Shown here: positions 17,342 through 30,300 of the stretch, one piece after another
Layout: every line of letters starts with the position of its first letter
How positions within the stretch are numbered: position 1 is the stretch's first letter
From: Alphaproteobacteria bacterium
GTDB lineage: Bacteria; Pseudomonadota; Alphaproteobacteria; UBA7887
Assembly (NCBI GenBank): GCA_965214495.1
Contig: OZ243958.1
Location: 405,989 to 469,988 of the forward strand
DNA: 64,000 nucleotides
Direction of reading: 5' to 3'
Translations under genes and position numbers: made by a program
Notes under the pieces: generated by a model
What the model was told of the DNA's origin: nothing
The model's input: only the letters and a program-made list of their open reading frames with translations
The model's database searches: none

Positions 17342-18256
17342 TTACGCGCGGTCCAGCGCCGCCATCAGTTCGCGCCATTCGCGCGGCGTGAGGCCGCTGT
17401 CGGCTTCGCTCACCGCCTCGCCGGACACCAGGCGCTTCACGACCGCGAGCGCGCCTGCCGACAGGGTCACCGCGCCGGCCATGTAGTCCGCGAAAGCCCG
17501 ATGTGCGACGGGCACCCACGGGCGCACGATGCGCTCCGCGATCGTTTCGGCGTAGGCGCGAATTTCATACTGCGCGTGCGGATCGGCGCGCAGCAGCAGG
17601 AAATGAAACAGGTTGTGCAGGTCGATCTTCCAATACCACTGGGTATAGAAGCTCACCGGCAGGTTCATCCGTGCGAGTTCGCGCGCCAGCCCCTCGCGCG
17701 TTTCGTCGCGGCGCGCGCCCGTTTCGTCTTCGTTCAGCATGTCGAGATAGCGGGCGTGGGCGCGTTCGGCGTCGCCGCGCAACATGCCGAGCACGCGGGC
17801 GGCTTCCGCGCCTTCCAGAACCGCCCCGCGCCCCTGCCGATTGGCCGCCGATTGCGTCGCCAGATGCGCCGGTTCGGGCACATAGAACTCGCGGTCGAGG
17901 ATCGAATAGCGCGCCGAGTATTCGTTGACGCTGGCGGTGCGGTGGCGAATCCACTGGCGGGCGACGAAGATCGGCAGTTTGACGTGCAGCTTGATCTCGC
18001 ACATCTCGAACGGCGTCGTGTGGCGATGCCGCATGAGGTAGCGGATCAGGCCGGCGTCGCGGCGCACCCGGCCGGTGCCGGCGCCGTAGGACACGCGGGC
18101 GGCCTGAACGATCGCCGAGTCGTCGCCCATGTAATCGACCACGCGGACGAAGCCGTGGTCGAGAACGGCGAGCGGCGCGCCGAGGACCGCTTCCAGCGCG
18201 GGCACGGTCGCGCGCCGCGTGGGCGCGGATTCGACGGGGCGCGGATCGGAACTCAT
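17342..18256 (-). CDS. thyX: FAD-dependent thymidylate synthase ThyX.
   Basis: 304 aa with the [14 protein letters not shown]hyX signature (RHRxxxxxxxS) and [10 protein letters not shown]. Confidence 0.9.
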   Translation of the reverse strand: MSSDPRPVESAPTRRATVPALEAVLGAPLAVLDHGFVRVVDYMGDDSAIVQAARVSYGAGTGRVRRDAGLIRYLMRHRHTTPFEMCEIKLHVKLPIFVARQWIRHRTASVNEYSARYSILDREFYVPEPAHLATQSAANRQGRGAVLEGAEAARVLGMLRGDAERAHARYLDMLNEDETGARRDETREGLARELARMNLPVSFYTQWYWKIDLHNLFHFLLLRADPHAQYEIRAYAETIAERIVRPWVPVAHRAFADYMAGAVTLSAGALAVVKRLVSGEAVSEADSGLTPREWRELMAALDRA

Positions 18257-18289
18257 GGACGGATGATAGCGCAGGCGGCCTCGCCCCGC

Positions 18290-18440
18290 CCGCAGGGGCG
18301 TTGTTGCGGTTCGTTGCGGTTCGTGCCGGATCGGCCCGTTTGCAGGGGCAAGCCTTGTGGTTGCCCTCGGTTGTCGTCGTTCTGCTCGGGGGTTCGGGCA
18401 ACCACAAGGGTTGCCCCTACAGATTGTTGCGGTTCGTTCC
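18290..18440. repeat. Two REP-like hairpin units (gcaggggcaagccttgtggttgccctcgg ... gggcaaccacaagggttgcccctacag) of the same family as in 5319-5822.
   Basis: The imperfect palindrome GGGCAACCACAAGGGTTGCCCCTACAG and its partner were read directly, between thyX and the adhesin-gene promoter region. Confidence 0.5.
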
Positions 18441-18662
18441 GAGGGCGGTCATGGGGTAAATGGAACGATCGTTCCATTTATAGTTGAACCGAACGTTTCA
18501 GAAAATATCCCGGTAATCTCGCGGCTACGGTCTTGACATTCCTGCAAGCGCAGGCGCCTTGTTCAAGGTCTGAGACTTGTCTTTGGGGGCGGTCGGATGA
18601 GATGTTTTCAACCTGTCTGCAAACGTGAGCGGGACGCGGAAAACGCGCGAAGCGTCGGGTTT

Positions 18663-18675
18663 GCCCCCCCCCCCC
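18663..18675. repeat. Homopolymeric (C)12 tract about 185 bp upstream of the giant autotransporter start codon.
   Basis: ttg cccccccccccc gcgcaactc was read directly. It is a potential slipped-strand site in a promoter region. Confidence 0.6.
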
Positions 18676-18858
18676 CGCGCAACTCTCGCCATCTATCTGG
18701 CGGATGACACCGGGCCTCGGGCGGGGCCGAAGCCGCCCGGCCGTGTCGCATCCAGGGCGCATATGACCGGCTTCGGGGCGCCGCCCGCGTTCCGGTCCGG
18801 GCGGTTCCGGGCCGCGCCGACGCCGTAGCTTCTCCGCCGCTTCCGGAGAGGGATCGAC

Positions 18859-20065
18859 GTGCTGAAACGGCTCGCCCGCGCCCGCCTTGCGGCCGTCCTC
18901 GCCGGCGTCGTCTGGTCGATGGCCGCCGCCGGGGTCTCCGCGCAGACAACGCTGACGCTGTCGGCCGAGCGCGGCGACGGGAACGTGGTGACCGGCGTGA
19001 ACGAGAGCGCGGGCGCCTTCACCGTCAGGGCGACGCTGGACGCGGCCGCGCCCGCGGGCGGGGTGACCGTGACCCTGGCGCAAGGCTCGACCAGCGGCGT
19101 CAGCCGTCCCGCCACCCTGGGCGCCGCGGCCGGCGAAGGCGACTGGACCCTGCCGTCGCCGCCCACCATCGCCATCGCCGCGGGCCAGACCTCCGGCACG
19201 GCGAGCATCGCGGTCGTTGACGACACGCATCACGAGTTCGAACAGAAGATCGTCCTCACCGCCACCACGGATACGACGCCCGTCCTGACCGCGCCCCGGC
19301 TCATCGTCAACCTCGGGAGCAACGATCCGAAACCCCGCGTAACCGGGATTACCGCCCCCGACCCGGTGAATGAGGGCGACACGGGCGCGGGGGCGACGCT
19401 GACATTCACGATCAACCTGGACCGGATAACCGAGACGGCGGCTTCCGTTCGATACAGGATGGGGGGCACCGCGACCGAGAACGAGGACTATACTGTCGCA
19501 CCCAGAGGGGGGCGCGACGTGATCGTCTCCGAGAGGACGAGCCAGGACGTCGTCGTCACCGTCATTCCCGACACCATCGTCGAGCCGAACGAGACCGTCA
19601 ATCTCGAAATCTATCGCTTCGGCAGCAATCTCCATCAAAACAACAATGCCTCAATACTCGCCGGCAGCAGGATCAACAACGATGACTCGCACACGGCGCC
19701 GGCGTTCGCTTCGACCGCCGGGATAGACGACCAGGTCTGGGTGGCGGACACCGCCATCTCCACGCTGGAACTGCCGGTGGCCACCGGCGGCAACGGCGCG
19801 CTGACCTACACGCTGGCGCCGGCGCTGCCGCCCGGGATGACCTTCGACGGCACAGCCGACCCCCCGACCGTTACCGGGACGCCGACCGGGACCCGGGCGA
19901 CCGCGACGTTCACCTATACGGTCGCCGATTCCGACGCCAACGAGGCCGCCGGCGACACCGACTCGCTGACGTTCGACATCGCCGTCACCGACGCGCCGCC
20001 CGGGGCGCTCACGCTGTCCATCGTCGAGACCGTGGAGCACAACGGCATGACCGTGCCCGGCGGCG
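18859..20065 (+). CDS. Giant autotransporter adhesin, fragment 1 of 4 (frame 1): Sec signal peptide plus the first Calx-beta/cadherin-like passenger modules.
   Basis: GTG start with an SD (ccggagaggga). The signal peptide MLKRLARARLAAVLAGVVWSMAAAGVSA/QT is followed by Calx-beta-like and cadherin-like (TYTLAPALPPGMTFD...TGTPT) modules. Sense is lost after ...VEHNGMTVPGG at about 20062 and continues in frame 2. The rest of ORF 18859..21411 is out of frame. Confidence 0.7.
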
Positions 20066-23000
20066 AGCGAGGGCACGGGCGACGACGAGGTCGCGCTCAT
20101 CGTGACCGCCACGCTGGACCGGCCTGCGTTGACGGGGGGCGCGACGATCCGGCTGTCCGACGCCACCGCGGCCGGGGCCGATACCGCGGTGCTCGGCGAG
20201 GACTGGTCGCTGCCCGCCGACCCCGCCATCGTCATCCCGGCGGGAGAAACGACGGGTTCCGCGTTCGTCACGATCCTCGACGACAACGTGGACGAGTGGA
20301 CCCAGACGTTCGACCTCGAGGGCGCGGTCGCCGCGCCCTCGAGCCTCACCGACACGCTCACCGTCGCCATCGAGGACAACGACCCCCGCGCCGCCGTCAG
20401 CTTCGGGCGGGATCCGGCCGCCCTGCTGGAGGGGACCGGCGGCGCGGGGGCGGTGCTCACCGTCCCGGTGCTGCTGGACCGGCCCCACGAGAAGGGCGGC
20501 GCGGCCGGCCTCGGCGTCGTCTATACGATCTCCGGCACGGCGGCGCGGGGCGAGGACTACACCATCGCGCCGGCGGCGGAGACCAGCACGGCCGGGCAGG
20601 CCCGCGTGTCGATCCCGCCCGGCGCGACGAGGGTGGACCTCGCCATCACCCTCGTCCGGGATACGGAGATCGAGGACGACGAGACGATCGCGCTCGACCT
20701 CCACGCCGTCGATGCCGAGCTGCAAGTGCTCCAGGGCGCGAAGACGAGCGCCCGCACCTCGATCCTGGACGACGACGTGGAGTCGTCGCCCGCCTTCGCC
20801 AGCGACGCCGCCGTTCCCGACCAGTTCTGGTGGAAGGACCGGGCCAACGCCCCCCTGACGCTGCCGGCGGCCAGCGGCGGCAATGGCGCGCTCACCTACA
20901 CGCTGACGCCGGCGCTGCCGGCCGGACTGACCTTCGACGCCGCGGCGAATCCCCCGACCGTCACCGGGACGCCGACCGCGAGCCTCGCCGCCGCGGCGTT
21001 CACCTACACGGTGACCGACTCCGACCCCACCTCTCCGGACAGCGCGAGCCTCGGCTTCGAGATTACCGTTGGCGCCGCGCCGACCGGCCTCGCCCTGTCC
21101 GCGGCCGCGACCGTGGACGAAGACGCCGACCTCCTGACGGTGACCGCCGAAATCGACCAGCCCGCGCGCACCGGCGGGGTGACGGTGACCTTCGCCGAGG
21201 CCGCGACGCCCGGCACCGCCGCGCTCGATACGGACTGGGCGCTGCCGCTGCCGGCCGCGGTCGCCATCGCGGCGGGCGAGACCGAGGCCGAGGCGGAGAT
21301 CGCGATTATCGGCGACCGGCGGGACGAAGACGACGAGACCGTCGTGCTCACGGCCAGCGCCGCCACTCCCGCCCTCACCGCGCCCGACCTCACCGTCACC
21401 ATCGTCGATGACGACACCCGCGCCGTCCTGGCCTCGACGGCCGCCCTCGTCGTGGATGAGGAAGACAGCGCGGGGGCGTCCTACGCCGTCACCCTCGACA
21501 GCCAGCCGATCGGGACCGTCACCGTCGCCGTCGGCGGCGCGACCGGGGAGGTCTCGGTCTCCCCGGACAGCCTGGAGTTCACCCCGGCCGACTGGCACGT
21601 CGCGCAGGAAGTGACCGTGACCGCAGCGGCCGACGCCGATGCGGCGGACGACGCCGCGACGCTGACCCACACCCCGACCGGTGGCGGCTATACGGGCGTG
21701 GCCGGGCCGCAGGTGCAGGTCACGGTCGCCGACGACGACCGGGCCACCGCCTTCGCCATGGGGGCCTCGGTCCCCGAGCAGACCTGGACCGTGGCCGACA
21801 GCGTCGCCCTGCAACTTCCGGCCGCCACCGGCGGCAGCGCCCCGCTGACCTACACGCTCACCCCGGACATCACGGCATACGGCCTGAGCTTCGACGCGGC
21901 CGCGCGCACCGTCGGCGGGTCGCCGGACCGGGCCCTCGAGAGGACGGCGTTCACCTGGAAGGCGACCGATGCCGACGCGAACGAGACCTCGTTGACCTTC
22001 CATGTCACCATCTACCGGCCGACCTTCGGGACGGAGCGGCTGGGCAACCTGTCGGTCTCGCCGGGGCCGCTGATCCCGCTCTGCGACCCGCGCGACGGAA
22101 GCTGCCCCGTCGGCTTCGACCCGGAGCGCACCTCATATACGGCGCCGCCGACCATGAGCGAGACGGTGACGGTGTCGTTCCTGGGGCCGAAGACCGGGGA
22201 TGCGGTGCGTCAAATCGTCTCGTTCGCTCGTTGCACCCCGGGCACAAGCTATTCCCAGATATGCAGTAATCACGTTTCGATCACCAACGCGACCGGCGTC
22301 TATTCGCAGACGGCCAGGCTGGGGCGGGGCAGAAACGAGATCGAGGTCCGCATCAGGGAGGAAGGAGCCGAGTCCGCCACCACCTACAGCATCGACGTCA
22401 CGCGGATCGGCAGGGTCGAGCTGACCGCCGAGCCGGCGAGCGTGGAGGAAGGCGACGGCGCGGCCCGGATAAAGGTCACCGCGCGCTACCCCTACCAGGC
22501 CGCCGCGCGTCTCGACCGCAGCACGATCGTCCTGAAGGACGCCACCCTGCCGTATCCCGTCACGGTGCCGGTGACGGTGGGCGGCGGCGGCAGCGCGCCG
22601 GCCGCGGGCGGCGGCGTGGACTTCGACGATGTGGCGGGCTTCACGCTCGTCATCCCCGCCGGCGGCAACCGCGACGCCGCGACCTTCGACCTGGCCGTGG
22701 CCGGCGACGCCCTCGACGAGGACGACGAGACGCTGGAGATCACCGGGGGCGAGGGCGTGGCGCCCGCGGAGCTGACTATCTTCGACGACGACGATCCGCC
22801 CACCGTCTCCATATCGTCCGACGACGCCGCCGTCACCGAGGGCGACGACCCGGCGGTGTCGGCCACCGTGCGCCTCGACGCCCCGAGCGGCAGGACCGTC
22901 ACCGTGGACTGGGCGACGAGCGACGGCTCGGCGAAGGCCGGCTCGGACTACACCGCCGGCTCGGGCACGCTCACCTTCGCCCCGGGCGAGACGACGAAGA

Positions 23001-24325
23001 CGGTCAGCGTCCCCATCCTCGACGACGAGGTCGCCTATGAGGGGCACAGGGAGACCTTCGCCATCGGGCTGAGCCTCCCGACGGGCGCGAACGCGATGCT
23101 CCACGACACCGATCGCACGGTCACGGTCACCGTTACCGACGACGACGGCGTCGGGGCGGCCCTGACCTTGTCCGCGCCCGGCGAGATGTGGGAGGGAGGG
23201 ACGGCGTCGGTGACCGCCACGCTGAGCCACCCGGCGCCGCCTCAGGGCCTCGACGTGACCCTCTACGAACCCACCGCGGGGCGGGGCGACGCCGTGCGGG
23301 ACTCGGACTGGTCGCTGCCGGCCGCCGTCATCGCCATCGCCGGGGGCGAGACGAGCGGCGCCGCGGCCCTCACGATCATCGACGACGACATCGACGAGCC
23401 CCGGGAGTCGATCGTGCTCCGCGCCACCACTTCCGGGCTCGTCCCCGGGCTGGACCTGTTCGCCCCCGACCTCACCATCTCGCTCTTCGACGACGACCGG
23501 GCGCCCGATCTGCTGGTCGTCTCCGCCAAGCCCGGCGAGCGGCCGGCCGACGTGGACGAGGGCGACAGCGGCCCCGGCGCGGAGTTCGAATACAAGCTGT
23601 CGCTGACCCGCGCCAGCGAGAAGGAGGTCCTCGTCACCTGGGAGGCCCTGGGCACGGCGAGCGCCGGCGAGGACTACAGCGCCGCGCCGCCCGCCGGGCA
23701 GTTCGCCTTCCCCAGGGGGCGGAAGGACTTCACCATCGTCCTCACCGTCATCCCCGACACCGACTTCGAGGAGGACGAGACGATCGGCATTCGGGTGCTG
23801 AGCGCCACCAATACCCTCGGCGTCCAGGAACCGGCGGAGACGGCGCTGAGCGCGATCCGCAACGACGACACCAACTCGACGCCCAGCTTCGCGGTCGATG
23901 CGCATATCGCCGATCAGGTCTGGGCGACGAGCGTCGATATCGGCACGCTGGAGCTGCCGGTGGCGGTCGGCGGCGGCGACGGCGGCCTGACCTACACGCT
24001 GACGCCGGACATCGCGGAATACGGGCTGACCTTCGACGCCGCCGCCGACCCGCCCAGCATCACCGGCGTTCCCGACAAGGAATTGGACGGCGTGGAGTTC
24101 CGTTACACGGTCACCGATGCGAACAACGACGCCAGATCCCTCGTCTTCGACGTCGTCATCGGAGAGCCGTCGTTCATCTTCCTCACCCCCTCGATTTACC
24201 GGGTTTCCGAGGACGCGGGCTCGGCCACCGTCCAGGTAAGGATAACTCCGGCCCCCGATCGGTCCGTTGACTACGAGCTGACCTTCACCGACGGCACGGC
24301 CACCGGGGCCGCCGACTATGAACGG
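20063..24325 (+). CDS. Giant autotransporter adhesin, fragment 2 of 4 (frame 2): repeated Calx-beta and cadherin-like domains.
   Basis: ORF 20102..24631, with sense continuing upstream to about 20063 (AASEGTGDDEVALIVTATLDRPALTGG). It holds multiple Calx-beta (DY..G.L.F.PGE....V.V.I.DD...E.DE.F.V.L) and cadherin-like modules. It ends inside a G7 run at about 24320, and the C-terminal 100 codons of the ORF are out of frame. Confidence 0.7.
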
Positions 24326-27300
24326 GGGGGCGACGGACACCACGTCCACCACCCCCAAAGAGGTAGCCAGCAGCCAGTCCGTCAAGCTCATCGACGACGA
24401 CATCGACGAGGCGGACGAGACCTTCACGGTGGCGATCGGCATCGATGCCGACACCTCGCGCGAGCACAGGGTGCTGGTCGATACCCCCAAAGAGGCCACC
24501 TGGACGATCGCCGACGACGACGATGCCCCGACGGGGATCGACCTGTCCGTGGACACGCCGGAGCTGGCCGAGAACGCCGCGCCGACCGAGGTCTCGGTGA
24601 CCGCCACCGTCACCGGCGGCACGACCTATGACGGCGCGACCACGGTGACCGTATCGGTGGACGGCAGCGGCGCCGCCGGCGTCGCCGGCTTCGCCGCGGT
24701 GGACGACTTCGACATCGTCATCCCGCACGGCGCGGAGAGCGCGAGCGGAACCTTCACCCTCGCCCCCGAGCCGAACGCCGCCGCCGGGACCGCGGAGACC
24801 GTCACCATCAGCGGTACGGCGCAGGGCGAGGAAGGCGCGTGGAAAGCCGACGAGCGCCCGGTGAACGGTTCGGCCACGATCGCGCTGGCCGATGCGCCGC
24901 TCTTCGCGGCCGAAGACGCCATCCCCGACCAGGGCTGGGTGACGGACACCGCCATCGCCGCGCTGGTGCTGCCGACGGCCACCGGCGGCGCGGCGCTCCT
25001 GGCCTACACACTGATGCCGGATCTCCCCGCCGGGGTGAGCTTCGACGGCGAGGCCGTCACCGGCACGCCGACGGAGACGGCGGCGGCGACCGCATATACC
25101 TGGACCGTCACCGACGCCGACGGCCACACCGACGCGCTGACCTTCGACATCACCGTCACCGCCGAGGCGCCGACCACGCTGACGTTCACCGCCGTCGTCA
25201 ACCCGGTGAACGAGGATGCGGGCAAGGCGGAGGTGCGGGCGCGGCTGAACCGGCCCGCGCCCACCGGCGGCGTGCGCGTGACCGGGCTCACCGTCCTCAC
25301 CGACGCTGCCATCCTGGGGGCCGACACCGCGGCGACCGCCGGCACGGACTTCACCCTGCCGGCTGACTTCACGATTCCCGCCGGCGAGTCGTCCGTGAGC
25401 GTGGACATCGTCATCATCGACGATGATCTGCTGGAAGGCGACGAGGTCATCATCCCCGACGCCACGACCGAGCCGGCGCTCACGGTCATCGGCGACCGCA
25501 TCGTCATCGCCGACGACGAGCGGCCGCCGAGCACGCTCACCCTCGCCGCCGACGCGACCGAGGTGGACGAAGACGTCGGCACGGTGGCGGTGACCGCCAC
25601 GCTGGACCACCCCGCCCCCGAGGGCGGCGTGACCGTGACGCTGGCCGAGGCCGCGACGCCCGGCACCGCCGCGCTGGGCTCGGACTGGGCGCTGCCGTCG
25701 CCGGCCACCATCGCCATCGCCGCGGGCGACACCAGCGGCTCCGCGAACCTCACCGTCACCGACGACGAGAGCGACGAACCCGGCCAGACGATCGTCCTCA
25801 CCGCCAGCACCGATACCACGCCGGCCCTCGACGCGCCCGACCTCACCATCGCCATCGACGACAACGACCCCCTGCCCGTGGTGAGCGTCGGCGCGGACCC
25901 GCCCGACGTGGACGAGGGCGACAGCGGCGCCGGCGGGACCTTCACCTTCACGCTGGAGCTGGACCGCGCCAGCGACAAGGAGCCGGAGGTCGACTGGGTG
26001 ATCGAGGGCTCGGCGGAGCGCCTGACCGACTACACCGGCGCCGGCAGCAACGACGGCGGCAGCGTGGTGTTCGGGCCGGGCGAGACGAGCCGCGATATCG
26101 TGCTCACCGTGGTGCCCGACACCTTCGACGAGCCCGACGAGACCGTTCGGCTCCGCATCGCGGCCGTCGACTCGAACGTGACGAGCGGCGCGAGGACCGC
26201 GAGCGCCTTCCGCCTGATCGTCGATGACGACGGGACGCCCACGACGCTGACGCTCTCCGCACCCGCCGAGGTGGACGAGACCGCCGGCCGGGTGCGGATA
26301 ACCGCCACCCTGGACCAGCCCGCGCCCGATGGCGGCGTGACCGTGACGGTGGCCCAGGCCGCGACGCCCGGCACCGCCACGCTGGACTCCGATTGGACGC
26401 TGGTGGACCCGCCCACCGTCTTCATCCCCGAGGGCGACAGGAGCGCGGGTTCGCCGAACGTGCTCGAGATCGAGCAGGACTCCGCCCTCGAACTCGCCGA
26501 GACCATCGTCCTCACCGCCACCACCGGCGCGCCCCTGAACCTCACCGCGCCCGACCTCACCATCTCCATCGTGGACGACGAGAACACGGCGCCGGCCTTC
26601 GGCTCCGGCGCTGCCATCGAAAACCGGATCTGGAAGACCCGTGTCGCCGTCTCCACGCTGAGGCTTCCGACCGCCACCGGCGGCAACGGGGCGCTGACCT
26701 ACACGCTGACGCCGGAACTCCCCGCCGGGCTGACCTTCGACGCCGCGGCCGACCCCCCGACCGTCACGGGCACGCCGACCGAGGGCCTGGCGACCACGCA
26801 GTTCACCTACACGGTGACCGACACCGACCTCGACAACGGCGCCGCCGACAGCGCCGCGCTCACCTTCGACCTCACGGTCACGGAGCTGCCCGTCGTCTCG
26901 CTCCGGGGCACGACCGTGACCGTCAGCGAGGGCGTGCAGGGGGGAGAGGCCACCCTGTGCATCGACTTCAGCAAGGCGCCGACCGAGGAGTTCCAGCTCC
27001 GCCTCGACTCCACCGACGTGACCGCCACGGGCAACGTCGATTACCAGGTTGTGAGTCGGGATGCGACGGTCAGCGCGGGGAGCCAGCTCTCCCGTTGCGT
27101 GACTTTCGAGATTGTGGACGACTCGATCGACGAGGGCGGCGAGACCTTCACCGTGGCGCTCAGCGTCCAGGGCGACAACGCGGAGAAGGCGTTCGTCAAC
27201 CCCGACGCGGCGATGGCGACGTGGACCATCACCGACAACGACGACGCGCCGGACGGCATCGACCTGTCGGCGGACACCCAGAGCGTCGCCGAGGGCGGCG

Positions 27301-30300
27301 GCGCCGCCGACATACGGGTCACCGCCACCGTCGCCGGCGATACGACCTACTCCGGCGTCACCACGGTCACCGTGTCGGTGGCCGGCAGCGGCGAGGACAA
27401 CGTGGTCGGCTTCACCGCGGTGGACGACTTCGACATCGCCATCCCGGACGGCGGCACGAGTGCGTATGCGGACTTCACGCTGACCCCGGTGGACGACACG
27501 CTGGACCAGTCGGACGAGACCGTCACCCTCCAGGGCGCGGCCGCGGGCGAGGAAGGCGCGCACAGGGCCGGCCAGCGCCCGGTGAACACGCCCTTGCCGA
27601 CCGTCACGCTGACCGACGACGACGAAGACACGGCGCCGGCCTTCGCCCAGGGCGCCGAAATTGCCGACAAAGCCTGGACGAAGGGCGTGGACGTCGGCGC
27701 GGTCGCGCTGCCGGCGGCCACCGGCGGCAACGGCGACCTGGCCTACACGCTGGCGCCGGACATTTCGGCGTTCGGGTTGACCTTCGACGCCGCGGCCGAC
27801 CCGCCCACCATCGCCGGCGCGCCGACGAGCACGCTGGCCGACGACCCGGATACCCCGGTGGACGAGACCCTGTTCACATACACCGTCACCGACGCCGACT
27901 TCGAGAACCCCGAGAGCGCCGCACTGACCTTCAACGTCGCCATCGACGATCCGCCGGTGGTGGCCGTCGCGGCGCAGAGCGTGGGCGAAGGCGACGGCGA
28001 GACGACGCTGACCGTGACCCGCACGGGCAACCTCACGGTCGCGTCGAGCGCGAGCTACGCCTTCACCGACGGCACCGCGACGGGCGGCGGGACGGACTAT
28101 ACGGGGACCGGCGGGACGGTCAGCTTCGCGGTGAACGAGACCTCGGCGACGATCCCCGTCACCATCGTTCAGGACACCATCGACGAAGACCCCGACGAAA
28201 CCTTCACGGTGACGCTGAGCGTACCGAGCGGGGCGACGCTGGGGACGGCCAGCGCCGTCATCACGATTACCGATGACGACGATGCGCCGACGAGGGTGGT
28301 GCTGAGCCTGGACGGGGACCCGAACACCGCGGGCGAGCAGGCTTCGGTGGACGAGGGCGGCGGCGCGCAGACGGTGACCGTGAAGGCGTCGCTCGATGGT
28401 GGCACGACGCGGGCCGAGGCCACGGTGGTGACCGTGACGGTGGCGGCGGACACGGCGACGGAGACGACCGACTACACGGCGACGGTGGCCGATCCGTTCG
28501 AGATCGAGATTCCGGCGGCGACGGTGAGCGGGACGGGGACGTTCTCGATTATTCCGGTGGACGACAGCATCGACGACGACGCCGAGACGCTCTCGGTGAC
28601 CGGAAGCACGGAAGCCTCGGTGGGCCTTGCGGTGACGGGAGCGGACCTGACGATCGCGGACGACGACGAGGTCCCGGCGAAGCCTGCGAAATTCGCGGCG
28701 GCGGCGGGCAACGCGCAGGTGACGCTGAGTTGGGACGACCCCGGGGACAGCAGCATCGAGAAGTACCAAATCCGGCAGTGGGAGAGCGCCGACAGCGAAC
28801 CCGCCACCTGGACCGACATCGCAAGCAGCGATGCCGACACGGTGAGCCACACCGTCACCGGGCTGACCAACGCCACCGAATACAGCTTCCGCATCCGGGC
28901 GGTGAACGCGACCGGCGACGGCGCGCAGTCCGACGCGGCGACGGCGACGCCGGCGGATGCCCCGGCAAAGCCGGCGAACTTCGCGGCGGCGGCCGGCAAC
29001 GCGCAGGCGACGTTGAGTTGGGACGACCCGAGCGACAGCAGCATCGAGAAGTATCAGCTCCGGCAGTGGGCGAGCGCCGACAGCGAGCCTGCCACCTGGA
29101 CCGACATTGCCGGCAGCGACGCCGACACGGTGAGCCACACCGTCACCGGGCTGACCAACGGGACAGCTTACAGCTTCAGGGTCCGGGCGGTGGGCGCGGG
29201 CGGCGACGGGGCGCAGTCGGACATCGCGACGGCCACGCCGGTCGCCGTCACGGGCGCCGATTCTTCACCGGCGCCCACGGTGGTCGGTGACGACATTACC
29301 GCCACCGTTGGCGGCACGAACGTGAAGTTGACGCTGCCGAGCGGCCATGGCGTGAGCGCCGTCACGTTTTCCGTGCCGACGCCGGCGGTCGCCGCACCCG
29401 ACGGCGTGACCTTTGGCGACGATCCGGCTTATGTGGACATCGACCTCGGCACGGCGTCGCTCTCGTCGGACGCCGCGGTCTGCCTCGCCGAGCCGAGCGG
29501 GCTGTCGGGCACGCTGGCGCTCTATCACCTCTCCGACGGCGGAACGGCGTGGACGGGGCTGGACGCCCCCGCCTCGACGCCGACCGGCTTCGTGTGCGGC
29601 GAGACGAGCGATTTCTCCAGCTTCGTGGTGGGCAAGCAGGAGGCGACGCTCGCACTGTCGATCGTGGAGACGATCGAGCATGGCGGCGAGACGGTGCCGG
29701 GGGTGTCGGAGGGCGAGAGTGCGGATGTGGCGCTCGTGGTGACGGCGACGCTGAGCGCGCCGTTGGCGTCGGCGGTCGAGTTGACGCTGGAGGACGCCTC
29801 GGGGACCGGCGACCGCGCGACGCTCGACGAAGACTGGTCGCTGCCGGAGGACCTGACGACGACGATCGAGGCGGGGGACACGACCGCCACCTGGACGGTC
29901 ACGATCGTCCACGACGCCGATGAGGAGTATAGCGAGACGTTCACGCTCCGGGCGACAGCCACCGCCCCGGCTCTGTCGGCGGATCTCGGGATCCGCATCG
30001 GGGACAACGACGACGCGCCGGTGCTGGACCGGATCGAGAAGACGGCGGACGTGGATGAGGGCGACAGCGGCACGGGCGCCACCATCACGTTCACGGTGTA
30101 TCTGACCGGTGCGACGGACAAGACCAGGCTCGAATACCTGTTCTCGCCGTACGGCGTGGACCCGAACCGGGCGACCTTCCTCCTCCCCTACGACACCTAC
30201 ACGGGGGCGGAGGACTACGCGCTGGAGACGGACACCCCGAACACGTGGGGGGTGCTGAAGTATGCGAAAGGACAGGCGAGCGCCGACATCGTATTCAGGG

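Noticed and set aside
18478-19638. 386-aa minus-strand ORF overlapping the adhesin promoter and 5' end
   Set aside because: The product is Arg-rich antisense. The region is better explained as the promoter, (C)12 tract and signal-peptide-coding start of the giant adhesin.
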